Positions 27,950 to 37,448 of a stretch of 50,343 nt of DNA are shown one piece after another. The notes under the pieces are model-generated. The model was not told the DNA's origin and searched no databases. It saw only the letters and a list, made by a program, of their open reading frames with translations. Both the position numbers and the translations under genes were made by a program. The DNA is taken from positions 1-50,343 of IMG/VR virus record IMGVR_UViG_3300049924_000116, one strand, 5' to 3'. Positions within the stretch are counted from its first letter, which is position 1, and every line of letters begins with the position of its first letter. This DNA is from a virus (taxonomy: Duplodnaviria > Caudoviricetes).

Positions 27950-30900
27950 TTACACATTTGACGCACGGATATTGTCAATTTCCGCTTGCAGTTGCTGAAT
28001 TTGCGCGTTGGTGTTTTCGAGGGTTGCCTCTTCGACCGCCAACTGACTCTGCAAGTCGGATCGAGTGTTAGGAGGAGCTTGCGCGAGATCGCGCTGAAGT
28101 TGAGTGATGCGAGCGCGAGTCAAGTCGTTCTCACGGGAGAGAGCGCGAATCTCACCCTGCTTGGAGGTAACTTGGCTCTGAGATTCCAAGTTCCTACCGA
28201 AATTTCGGAAGGCCCTGCCAAGCTGATCTGAAGCGGAGCTACCCTGTTGCGCGATAGCAACAGGGTCCCCCAAATTAGCTCGATTGATGGATGAGAATGG
28301 TGGAGTGAATTCCCCGAACTGCTCCGGCGGAGGAGAAAAGAGATCCGTTGGAGCCTCCAGTGGAGTATCGAGATTGATGTTGGCGGTGCCAGTTCTAAGT
28401 TCTTCCTCAAACTGGTGGTGTCGATCGTCCAGTACCGAATAAAGGTTGGTCAGGTACCTCTCCACTTGGTTGCGGATGTCCGAGAAGTAGACCGAGTTTG
28501 CGGACACAGGACGACCATTTGGATCCTCACTCACACCTGGAACCTCCCCGGATTGTCCGGGCGAGGTTCCGTTAAAGGTCTTCGTCTCGATCGATGAGGG
28601 ATTCAACACCTTGATCTGGTAGCCGACGTTGATGAACGCGAGATCTGCTCTACCAGTCATGCAAACGCAATCTTGAGAATCGGTGTCCTGATTGGCCGCC
28701 GTCAGTTCTGCAAGAGTCAACGCACGAGAAAGTTGACTGGCTTCCACACTGAGCGGAAGACCCTTCTGTTCCGGAGATCCCAGAGGAGCTGTCTGAACGA
28801 ACTCGGCTTCTGTGTTGATGAACTCAAACTTGCCCTCAGGAGTCCTGACTCCAGCCGTCTGCCTGTCCTCAGGAACAAGGTCGGCAATTGCTACCGCTGG
28901 ATTCGGATAAGCGTTGGTGATGGTCGTTAGGCCCTGGGATTGAGCCGTCAAGGTCTCCAGCAACCCGCCGGCCAAGGCAACCTGTGCGTCGATGTTGGTT
29001 CGAGTATTGCGGCCTACATCGCTCACAACCAAGGAACCATCCCGAAGCGAGATACCTCGCCCATATCGGAAGTGGCCAATAACTTCAAACCCACGCTCGT
29101 CCGAAACAGGACGAATCATGCCGCTTGCATTTTTTACGAAGGTGTCCCTTACAGTGGCGCCTTCCTTTGTGACGGTGATGTTGTTTGTCTGAACTAGCAG
29201 AATTTGCTGGACAGCCTTCATCTTGTCGTGCGCGTAGACATAAACTCCAGCAGAAGTCAACCCATACTTGTAGCGATTCTGGTTGTACTTGGTCGAGACA
29301 TTCGTGTACTTACCTGAGAGAAAATCATCATCGAGTGCCTTCGCATTAGCCTCCCGATTCTTTTTCTGTTCAGGAGTTTCCTTGATTCGATTACTTGGAG
29401 TCAAGGTCTCACCACGTTGCTTGGCGTTGATGACCTTGTCACTCAATGGACGAGTATAAACCATCACCGCATTCGGGTATCCGACAAGACGTCCTGTTTT
29501 CGGATGTCGTAAAATCAACGGTTCATTGGGATTGGGTTTGTCAGCCGGGGCTTCAACAAGAGAAGGGGTTTGCGCGGCCTCCCCGATGTCGAGATGATAG
29601 CTCCCCTGTTGAAGAATTTGCGGATCAAAATTCTTGACATTGCCGTTTGGATTGGTCAACGTGAGGCCACCAATCCCACGAGGCGCGATCCACTTGCATC
29701 GACGGGCAGTCAAATCAAGGGTAGTGGTCGCACGTCCGCCGAATTGGATGTTATGCGTGATGCCACGTACATACCAAAACGCATCCTTAGGGGCCACGTA
29801 GACGGGAAACCCAAGGCGCAGCTCTGGTCGACACGGAACGGTGATGCTAGCAGTGTGTCGACGACTGTTCTTCCGATCGAGAATATCCATTCCGTGGTAG
29901 AACATGAGAGCGGGGTCACCCATAAACTCCGAGTTGTACGGCATAGGACGCCAACCGTACTTGCGGAGCAGATGGTAGTCGGTAACCGAGGTGTGGGGAG
30001 TGATCTCCTCCCCGAAACCGTAGTCGATATTGCCCTGGTCGTAACTACCCTGCATCTGGATCTGGGTGATGACTTCGGACTCCGAGTCACTAAATGTCCA
30101 GTCGATGATGTCGATATCCTGAATCCAAGAGATGGGTTTGCTCGGGAGGACGTCAAGATTGTAGAAAGGAGGTTTGAAGACGATGTCTCCCGTGACGTCC
30201 ATGAAGAACTCGAATCCAATGGCTTCTTTGCAAGCCATTGCCAACTCAAGTTTGGTCTGATACTCAGACTGCCAAAAGTTGATCTGACCTGCCTGCATAA
30301 ACTGGGTTCGGAAGGCCGTCACATTGGCGTCGGTGGGGTCGAAGACGCTTTGCCCGTTCGAAGCCCCACCGGCATTCCTCACGGAGCTGGACGCAAAGGA
30401 CCGAACGTCCTTGATGCTGTTGGCGTTGCCTTGGTAGTATTCGTGGAGGGATGAACCCCGTACCAAGGTGCCATTGATTCCGTAGAGGAGCAAATTGCTG
30501 CGTACACGAGAAAACCGCTCATTCCAATAGCTCATGATGTCCGTCAGAGCTGCACCAAAAACTTGCCGCTGACCGGACTCACGGAAGTTGCTTGTCAAGC
30601 TTCCGGCTCCAATGATAACGTCACCAAAACTTTGCTGCGCCAAAGTCCAGATAACGTCGTACGGGTTCTGCCCGTTGAAGGTATTGCCATAAATGTTGCG
30701 GCCCGTCTGACCTGGCGGAGCTGTGAAGGCGGCGTTGACATTCATCCGACAGATATCCCACCACTTGAGAATATCAGCACAATGAATCGTCACGGTGTGC
30801 TCACCTCCACTGTAGTCGTCGGTAACCTCGGTGACGATACCCCAGAAGATAGGGTAGTATTGAGGGAGTCCCTCAAGGATGTAGTAACCCTTGGCGAAGA

Positions 30901-31186
30901 CTTCAATCTCCATCATCGGAGTGATGATAGGGTTGCCGTCAAAGAAGAAATCGTCTACTGCGTGCCGAGGGATCGACAGGTTGACGCTCGCACTCCCCGG
31001 CACGCTCTCGATACCCAAGCTGACTTGAATCGAGGTGATATACCTCGACAAGTCGAACTTCCGTTTGCAATCCGGGCAACCGATGAGGTCCGTTTCACCG
31101 TTGATGTAGACCACCGCATCAGGGGCCGTGACAACAGTTGGGCGGACGTTTTCCTGGAAGTTACCTTGGAAGGGGCTGCGTGCCAT
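27950..31186 (-). CDS. Baseplate hub protein (T4 gp27 / Mu gp44 / VgrG-N-like) with a long C-terminal extension, 1078 aa
   Basis: ITSIQVSL...ASVNL, FWGIVTEV...IHCAD, FEFFMDVTGDIVFKPPFY, KYGWR, RPELRLGFPV...YVRGITHNIQFGGRATTTLDL. Confidence 0.85.
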   Translation of the reverse strand: MARSPFQGNFQENVRPTVVTAPDAVVYINGETDLIGCPDCKRKFDLSRYITSIQVSLGIESVPGSASVNLSIPRHAVDDFFFDGNPIITPMMEIEVFAKGYYILEGLPQYYPIFWGIVTEVTDDYSGGEHTVTIHCADILKWWDICRMNVNAAFTAPPGQTGRNIYGNTFNGQNPYDVIWTLAQQSFGDVIIGAGSLTSNFRESGQRQVFGAALTDIMSYWNERFSRVRSNLLLYGINGTLVRGSSLHEYYQGNANSIKDVRSFASSSVRNAGGASNGQSVFDPTDANVTAFRTQFMQAGQINFWQSEYQTKLELAMACKEAIGFEFFMDVTGDIVFKPPFYNLDVLPSKPISWIQDIDIIDWTFSDSESEVITQIQMQGSYDQGNIDYGFGEEITPHTSVTDYHLLRKYGWRPMPYNSEFMGDPALMFYHGMDILDRKNSRRHTASITVPCRPELRLGFPVYVAPKDAFWYVRGITHNIQFGGRATTTLDLTARRCKWIAPRGIGGLTLTNPNGNVKNFDPQILQQGSYHLDIGEAAQTPSLVEAPADKPNPNEPLILRHPKTGRLVGYPNAVMVYTRPLSDKVINAKQRGETLTPSNRIKETPEQKKNREANAKALDDDFLSGKYTNVSTKYNQNRYKYGLTSAGVYVYAHDKMKAVQQILLVQTNNITVTKEGATVRDTFVKNASGMIRPVSDERGFEVIGHFRYGRGISLRDGSLVVSDVGRNTRTNIDAQVALAGGLLETLTAQSQGLTTITNAYPNPAVAIADLVPEDRQTAGVRTPEGKFEFINTEAEFVQTAPLGSPEQKGLPLSVEASQLSRALTLAELTAANQDTDSQDCVCMTGRADLAFINVGYQIKVLNPSSIETKTFNGTSPGQSGEVPGVSEDPNGRPVSANSVYFSDIRNQVERYLTNLYSVLDDRHHQFEEELRTGTANINLDTPLEAPTDLFSPPPEQFGEFTPPFSSINRANLGDPVAIAQQGSSASDQLGRAFRNFGRNLESQSQVTSKQGEIRALSRENDLTRARITQLQRDLAQAPPNTRSDLQSQLAVEEATLENTNAQIQQLQAEIDNIRASNV

Positions 31187-31192
31187 GAATCC

Positions 31193-33004
31193 TCATTCAT
31201 CTGAATTATTGACTGCCGAACTGATAAGGTTCCCGGCGGCATTGAGGGCCGTGGAGGCATCCCCAAAGAGCTGGCGAGCTGAGCCATCGAGTTCGGCGTT
31301 TCGCGCAGCGTTGTCGACCAAGACCGCTTGGTTGTTTTTGACTGGGATGCTCTTGACTTGCTGCTCGTAGTTGGCGGGACGATCAAGACGAAACCGGGCC
31401 CGGATGGTAAAAGAAAAACGGTAGTCAAGAGAGTGAGGCTTCCCTTCGGTCTCGGTGATGGAGAAGTCATCAAAGGATCCAAGGTACATGACACCGTCGA
31501 AATAGATGTAGACGGAGCCGACCAAGGACAACCTGGACCGTTGCGGATCGTTGGCGTCCTGTCCGATCAGGTAGACTCCACCGTTGTTGCGGTAGAGTAG
31601 ATAGAGCGAGAGAAAATTCTGGTAGCTGGCGCTATATTGGCGGGCTGTTCGGCTTAGGCCTGGCATCTCCCAGCGCTGCAAGTCCTGAGCGTAGAATCCA
31701 CCTAAGGTGCCGGACGCTTCCAACTTGCCCTGGTTACTTCCCCAATGCTCAACGATAGGCCCATTGCGAGTCCAGTTGCCATTGCTGACCTTCTTCTCAT
31801 CCGCGACGTTGAACGACTGTGGGTTGACCAACATGCGCAACGGCGGAGTGTTCTTGATGTCCTCGATAGCCTTTTGAGTAGCCCTGATGGTCTGCAACTG
31901 AAGTTGTAAAAATTGCTTTCCTAGGTCAATTGACCCATTGTACCCTATAGTGGACAACTTGGCATTCTGCCGGGCTGCGGCTTGTGCGTTAAGGCTTCCG
32001 GTCTCTTTCCAAGATTCAGGGTTATTGGTCGGGACAGGTTCACGAATAATAGGCGTTGGACCTTGTGTGGTCGAACCCATCCGAATCTTTGCTGCATCTA
32101 GCTGTGCTTGGTTGTTTGGGTTGAGAGGCTTAGAGCCAACCTCTCTCTCGATATCATCGTAGGTGATGTAGCCCTTTTTGTCCTTGTCTAATTGAATGTT
32201 GGCTTTGTAGGCGGTCTCCTGGTACTCACCGTCTGGATAGCCTTTTGCAACCGCATTTCCATCATATAGAGCCCCATTCTTATTCAACTTAGCGTAGGCA
32301 TCTCCAAGATTCAAAGCTTGAATTTGTCCGGCGGTGCTACCTGGTTTGATCCGATTCTTGAAGTATCTCTCCACCCAAACGAGCTGCTCTTCCTTTGTCA
32401 ATTTTCCGTACCCCGCAAAGAACTCTTCAGCCTTCTCTTTTGCTCCTGGGGTGTTGGCGTTGACCTTGTTGGCAGCGTAATACAGTCCAATGGCCTGCTT
32501 CCTCGATAGCTGATTAAGACCAATAGCCGATGAAGTGTTGCTCTTTCGGGCCGGGTTAAACCCACTCTCATATTGAATGACCTTCGCCATCTGATCCGGT
32601 TGTACTTTGAGGCGATTGCACATTACCACGAAGCGATCCCAGAAGTCCGTACTGGATGTCGCGGTTGCACCATCCGGTAATGCGGTCTTGTTATTGATCC
32701 CGTCTGCTCGTGGAGCAGGGTTGTCAACATAGACTGTCTCGGTGGCAGCGCCCAAGGTCGCCGCCACCGAAGCGGAACGATCAAGTAGTCGTCCGGCGAT
32801 CGTCACCGGGGGAGGAATGAGCCCTATGACGAACACCTTCGGGTTCGTGCGCGCTGGAGTCAGCGGGAGAAATTCGAACGACGTCGGATCAGGGTTGACC
32901 TCCAATGAAGAGAATGTCGAAAGACGTGCGTAGACCTCCGGGGAATAGTAGTCCGATTCCTTTTCGATCTGATCAACGATTGACGAAGTGTTATCCGGCA
33001 TCAC
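31193..33004 (-). CDS. Tail-associated lytic transglycosylase fused to a tube-initiator-like domain, 603 aa
   Basis: KVIQYESGFNP...SSAIGLNQ gives the SLT catalytic Glu and GLxQ motif, followed by EQLVWVERYF. The C-terminal LVNPQSF...EHWG domain is paralogous to the adjacent 312-aa gene. Confidence 0.8.
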   Translation of the reverse strand: MMPDNTSSIVDQIEKESDYYSPEVYARLSTFSSLEVNPDPTSFEFLPLTPARTNPKVFVIGLIPPPVTIAGRLLDRSASVAATLGAATETVYVDNPAPRADGINNKTALPDGATATSSTDFWDRFVVMCNRLKVQPDQMAKVIQYESGFNPARKSNTSSAIGLNQLSRKQAIGLYYAANKVNANTPGAKEKAEEFFAGYGKLTKEEQLVWVERYFKNRIKPGSTAGQIQALNLGDAYAKLNKNGALYDGNAVAKGYPDGEYQETAYKANIQLDKDKKGYITYDDIEREVGSKPLNPNNQAQLDAAKIRMGSTTQGPTPIIREPVPTNNPESWKETGSLNAQAAARQNAKLSTIGYNGSIDLGKQFLQLQLQTIRATQKAIEDIKNTPPLRMLVNPQSFNVADEKKVSNGNWTRNGPIVEHWGSNQGKLEASGTLGGFYAQDLQRWEMPGLSRTARQYSASYQNFLSLYLLYRNNGGVYLIGQDANDPQRSRLSLVGSVYIYFDGVMYLGSFDDFSITETEGKPHSLDYRFSFTIRARFRLDRPANYEQQVKSIPVKNNQAVLVDNAARNAELDGSARQLFGDASTALNAAGNLISSAVNNSDE

Positions 33005-33939
33005 TCACTCCTAGTAGGGAGTCCAGGAGAAGCTTCTCCGATAGCCCTCCGAGCCGCGTCTGCCTCTTGCCCCGCGGTTTTGGCTGCAAGTCTCTCAAAG
33101 AACCGAACGCTTTCCTCCTTCGTTTGCCCAGCAAGATCCAAGGATTCCGCTGCGGCTATGTACTTGGCATTAGCTTTTTCTTGCAGGTCATTGGCATTAC
33201 CGACTTGACCAAGCAAGTTACCCTGTCTATCTCCTTCGTACCGATTTCCTATGCTGTTTTGGAATTGGAAGTTCGGAGCCCGTGGTTGACGAGCAAGCTG
33301 ATTGGCTGGGATTTGCAGGATGGTCTGTTCGACCTTGAAACTCAAGTCGAGATGGAAGGCAAACGGAAAGTCGTCCGTTTCCTCCATCTTGAAAGTCGTA
33401 AAGTGACCGATGTATGTCCCTCGGTCGTACATCATCATAATCTTGCCTTGGAGTACGACGCTTCCGTAGGGGTCATAGACGCTGCCGTTGTTCTCAAATA
33501 AGTCCTTGAGGTCTAAGTATCGGTCATAGGCAATGGTTCGCTCACGAAGAACACTGGTGAGTCCGGTATTGATGTTCATGAAGGAACCCGTCGAAGCCTG
33601 AATGGACATATCTGACAGCTCGTCTCCCCAGTGCTGTTCGACGTGACCTCCACGAGTCTGGATGCGTTCCACCTTCTTGCTCAGACTTTCATCCAAGGAA
33701 TTGGGGGAGATATGCATCACGAGCGCGTGCGGAAGCAACACTCTTCGGAAGTCGAATGGACTCGTCACCTGAAAAGCCACCGGAACACCTGTTCCCCTTC
33801 GGAAGAGGCCATTCGTGTCCGATGACCCATTGTCAATTCCATGCCGATAACTAGCCGGAGGGATAACGTCCTTCGACGAGGGGGCAGAGGGAATGTCCTG
33901 CTTGGGGAAGTCTTCGTAGGTAGAGCGAATCCTAGGCAT
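33001..33939 (-). CDS. Tail tube initiator-like protein (T4 gp48/gp54-like position and fold), 312 aa
   Basis: MHISPNSLDESLSKKVERIQTRGGHVEQHWG...TYIGHFTTF...FHLDLSFKV. Directly follows the tape measure with an overlapping TAATG. Confidence 0.7.
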   Translation of the reverse strand: MPRIRSTYEDFPKQDIPSAPSSKDVIPPASYRHGIDNGSSDTNGLFRRGTGVPVAFQVTSPFDFRRVLLPHALVMHISPNSLDESLSKKVERIQTRGGHVEQHWGDELSDMSIQASTGSFMNINTGLTSVLRERTIAYDRYLDLKDLFENNGSVYDPYGSVVLQGKIMMMYDRGTYIGHFTTFKMEETDDFPFAFHLDLSFKVEQTILQIPANQLARQPRAPNFQFQNSIGNRYEGDRQGNLLGQVGNANDLQEKANAKYIAAAESLDLAGQTKEESVRFFERLAAKTAGQEADAARRAIGEASPGLPTRSE

Positions 33940-36900
33940 TAGGTATACTTCTCACGCTTCTTGTATTCCAGAATAAGCTTAGGCACTTCGCGCCTAAGCA
34001 TCTCTTTCATACCGTTCGTGTAACTACCGTTGAAGTTGAGTTGGATGTTGTCTCCACCTCCACCACCCTTGCCTCCGCCAGCCGGAACAATTGTTTCGCC
34101 CTTGCCGATTGAGGCGAGTCCTTCGCCAGCAGCCGGAGAAACAACCGCCATTCCGTCCGAGCCAATGCTGGTCACCAATCCACCGTCGGCATTGGCCTTC
34201 AACCGACTTCGTGCGTCCTGGATGGTACCCGATGCGGTGAAGCCAGTTCCGTCCTTTCCGCCGATCTTCGCCATCATGTCTTGAGGCTTGATATCCTTAT
34301 ACATGTAGTATTCGAACAACGCTTGACGGACGGCATCGAGAATGGACTTCCCCATGTCGGTCATCGTTTGCGGAGCCAGCGGAACCCCGCTCTGCAAGGC
34401 ACCCGCCGTCGCGGCGGTGTTGGTAGCAGTGTCCTGAGTTGCACTTGCGGTCGCGACGACGGCCTTGCTAGTGGCGGGGGATGCAGACGAAGTTGAAACC
34501 GGAGCCGAAGATATCACCGGGGCGGAGCCTCCCGGAATGGCCGACTGCGAGGCTTCAGGTGCTGCTGGTGCCGATTGGAGCAACTTCGGAAGATTTGTTG
34601 CCAACTGTCCTGCCTTGCTGTTCCATAGCATCTGCCCCATGATCTTAGACATCTGCTCGGGAGATGTTGCGCCGCCACTGGCGTCGGCACCTGCGTCGGC
34701 GCGTGACTTATCGTATCCTGCGGAGTCGGTTCCGCTTCGAAGAAGGGTGAAGTCCTCAAGCTTCTTCTTCTTGATCTCTGCGATCTTTGCTTCTTCGGCC
34801 TTGATGTTTTCAGCAGCCTTACCCTTCGTCTCAGAGCTAGAGACGTTATCGGCAATGACCTTCTTCGACTTTTCAATCTCAGCTTCACTGCTCTTGATAG
34901 AGTCGTCCATCGCGCCCCACTTCTTCATGAGCTGAGGACCGAACTCGGAAGCAAGACCTTGGGATCCCTCGGATCCCTCAAGACCCTTTAGGATCCTTCG
35001 ACTATCAGCGGAGCCGCGCGACTCTCTTCGAAGCTTCTTCTTAAGGGCCTCTTTCTTTTCGACCTCCGGGTCGACTTTCGCCGTATCCCCCTTCAACCAC
35101 GAGGGGAGACTGCTCAAAAGCTTGTTGAAGCCCACAAGCAAATCCTCTACTGCATCGTAGATGAAGTTGAAAAGGGCGTCGAAGATGTTATCGAGCTTTT
35201 CGAGCATCGAATGTGTATACTCAGATGTCTCCTTTGCGAAGTTCTTCTGCTCGGTTGCATTCAAGAGCGCTTCTTGATCGGTATCTGTCATCGACTGAAG
35301 AATACGGTTGGTGCTAGCCGCGTCGATGGCCGCGTCAATCTGAGCATCGTTAGGCTCTGGCACTTCCTTGCCGTTCTTGTCAACGACCTTGATTCCTGAC
35401 TTCTTGAATAGATTGTGGTCTTTCTTCATCAGCTCGCGCTGAGCGTCGATGCCTTGTTCCATCTTGGCCATCGAGCGGAACTCTTCTTGAGATACACCAG
35501 TGACCTGACGGGCCGCGTAACCCTTGACACCAGCCATATCCTTGAGCTTGTTAGCTCCGCCAAACTTCTTGAGTGCGCGAGCCTTGAGATCGAACTGCGC
35601 GCCAAGGCTTGCATTGGCAGCGGCAACTCCCACTCCCATCTGCCCACCGCTTTCAAGTTCTTTCTGATCCATATCCATCTCAGTCTTAGCTTCGCGATAC
35701 TGTCCAGCATCCTTGACAAGCTGATCCAAGTTCTTTGCACCGCCGTCCCTCATGATGGTGCCGCCGTCGAGTAGAGTCTTGGCCTCGTCGACACTGCCAT
35801 TAATCTGCTTGGAAAGCTTGGAGAGCAGGTCAGCACTTTTGTCTTTGATATCCTCTTGCAAGACGCCCTTGGAGTACCCTGCTTGATCCTTGTCGGCCAA
35901 CAACGTTAGACGGAGACGATCAGCCTCACCCATGTTCTTGAGCCCCTGGGTGGCCAGTTGTAGATACTTCTGAGCATTCTTAGGACTCATAACTCGGCCG
36001 AGCGTCTTCAAGGTCGAGACGACGTCCTCAAGACGAGTGTGGTAGAGTGATAGGTCAGCAGAGACGCTTCGAAGAATCCCGAAGAACTTGTTGGCCGCCA
36101 TACCAGACTCAGTGGCAGCCTTAGTCATTCGGGAAAACTGAAGTTGTGTATCGTTGAGACTTTGACCAAGTTCGGTCATCATCTCAGCCTGGAACTGAGT
36201 GATCTGATCAAGACTCACACCGAAGAGCCTTGAGTAGGCAATCGACATGTGCGTCACGTCAGCGAAGTTGGCCATCTCTTTGCCGGTATCGACGCTAGCT
36301 TGCTTGGTATTCTTGAATTGAGTTTCGAGGTCTCGGAGAGAGACACCCTCGGAAGTCAGAGTGTTGAGGGTTCTTTTGTGGTCTTCGGCGCTGATACCCC
36401 AAGAGTTATTTTCCTGCCAATCGAAAGCGGAACTCCGGATACTCTTGAGAGTCGCCCCTAAAGCCTTCCCGGCTCGACCCGAGTCCCCCATATTGTCTGC
36501 AAGGAATTCTGCCGAGCTGGCTGATTCTAGGATGTCCTTGTTGAACTTCTTCGCCATCGCCTCTGCGTCAACGACTAACTTAATTAACCCAGCAAAGAAC
36601 GCGGTCGCCATCCCGAGAATAGGCCCAAGCTTTGCCAGTGTGCCTACAAGTCCACTCATCTTGTTGGCCATCTGCAAGATGCCTCCCGCAGCCCCTCCCG
36701 CGGGGCCCTTGCCGGCCGCCATCGAGTCAGTATTCTTAGCCGCAGCCCAGTGAGTGGCTTTCTGCGCAACCGCCTTGAAGGAACCTCCGACCATCGACGA
36801 GACACCTTTGGCAATACCTCCGAGGTCTTTTGCTCTCATGGAGGATAGGACGTCGGTGATGCCGCCGCCGATGTCCTCACCGGTCTTGGCCCAGTCCCAA

Positions 36901-37445
36901 GTCTCTGCAAAGTTCTTGACTCGCTCCTGGTTGGACTTGTGCTTGGCAAGGGTCTTTGGCACCCCTTGTTCGTGGGTAGCCTTGGTCAGCTCCCGATTGG
37001 CGCGAAGGACTTCGGCTCGTGCCTTCTTCATGTCCGACTGAGCGGTCTTCTGGAGCGCATCCATGTCCGCTCCACTCTTGCCCTGCTTCTCAGCAGACCG
37101 GATGTTCTTCCGGTGCGCACTCGTAACCTTATTGAGCTGCTGAGCAGCCTTCTTGGCGGCATCAAAGCGCTTCGCCAATGCGCTACCCTGTTCAGCGGCC
37201 TTGCGGCTGAACTTGCCCGCATCCGAAAGGGCATCCCGAAGAGCTTCGGTGTCCTGAGTTGAATGCTTGATGGTCTTCTGGAATGCCTCCAACTCCTTAC
37301 TTCCGAAGTTCTTCCCGAAGTCAAACTTCTTCTTGGTGAGCGCAGTGATCCCCTTGGACATCTCGGAGACGGCCTTAATGGCATCGTTGTTGTCCAATCG
37401 AACGGCGAAATCTAAGATTTGCCTATCTGCACTCTCTTTACCCAT
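33939..37445 (-). CDS. Tail tape measure protein, 1168 aa
   Basis: Long helical Ala/Lys-rich ORF with a Gly-rich hydrophobic patch (LGPILGMATAFFAGLIKLVV) and a C-terminal A-x-GG-x-V...GE-x-(I/V)VP motif. Follows the tube and chaperone genes. Confidence 0.85.
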   Translation of the reverse strand: MGKESADRQILDFAVRLDNNDAIKAVSEMSKGITALTKKKFDFGKNFGSKELEAFQKTIKHSTQDTEALRDALSDAGKFSRKAAEQGSALAKRFDAAKKAAQQLNKVTSAHRKNIRSAEKQGKSGADMDALQKTAQSDMKKARAEVLRANRELTKATHEQGVPKTLAKHKSNQERVKNFAETWDWAKTGEDIGGGITDVLSSMRAKDLGGIAKGVSSMVGGSFKAVAQKATHWAAAKNTDSMAAGKGPAGGAAGGILQMANKMSGLVGTLAKLGPILGMATAFFAGLIKLVVDAEAMAKKFNKDILESASSAEFLADNMGDSGRAGKALGATLKSIRSSAFDWQENNSWGISAEDHKRTLNTLTSEGVSLRDLETQFKNTKQASVDTGKEMANFADVTHMSIAYSRLFGVSLDQITQFQAEMMTELGQSLNDTQLQFSRMTKAATESGMAANKFFGILRSVSADLSLYHTRLEDVVSTLKTLGRVMSPKNAQKYLQLATQGLKNMGEADRLRLTLLADKDQAGYSKGVLQEDIKDKSADLLSKLSKQINGSVDEAKTLLDGGTIMRDGGAKNLDQLVKDAGQYREAKTEMDMDQKELESGGQMGVGVAAANASLGAQFDLKARALKKFGGANKLKDMAGVKGYAARQVTGVSQEEFRSMAKMEQGIDAQRELMKKDHNLFKKSGIKVVDKNGKEVPEPNDAQIDAAIDAASTNRILQSMTDTDQEALLNATEQKNFAKETSEYTHSMLEKLDNIFDALFNFIYDAVEDLLVGFNKLLSSLPSWLKGDTAKVDPEVEKKEALKKKLRRESRGSADSRRILKGLEGSEGSQGLASEFGPQLMKKWGAMDDSIKSSEAEIEKSKKVIADNVSSSETKGKAAENIKAEEAKIAEIKKKKLEDFTLLRSGTDSAGYDKSRADAGADASGGATSPEQMSKIMGQMLWNSKAGQLATNLPKLLQSAPAAPEASQSAIPGGSAPVISSAPVSTSSASPATSKAVVATASATQDTATNTAATAGALQSGVPLAPQTMTDMGKSILDAVRQALFEYYMYKDIKPQDMMAKIGGKDGTGFTASGTIQDARSRLKANADGGLVTSIGSDGMAVVSPAAGEGLASIGKGETIVPAGGGKGGGGGDNIQLNFNGSYTNGMKEMLRREVPKLILEYKKREKYT

Positions 37446-37448
37446 CTG

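Noticed and set aside
22513-31204. Several 200-300 aa plus-strand ORFs (22513-23202, 26539-27249, 29570-30454, 30563-31204)
   Set aside because: They fully overlap well-supported minus-strand genes and have shadow-ORF composition.
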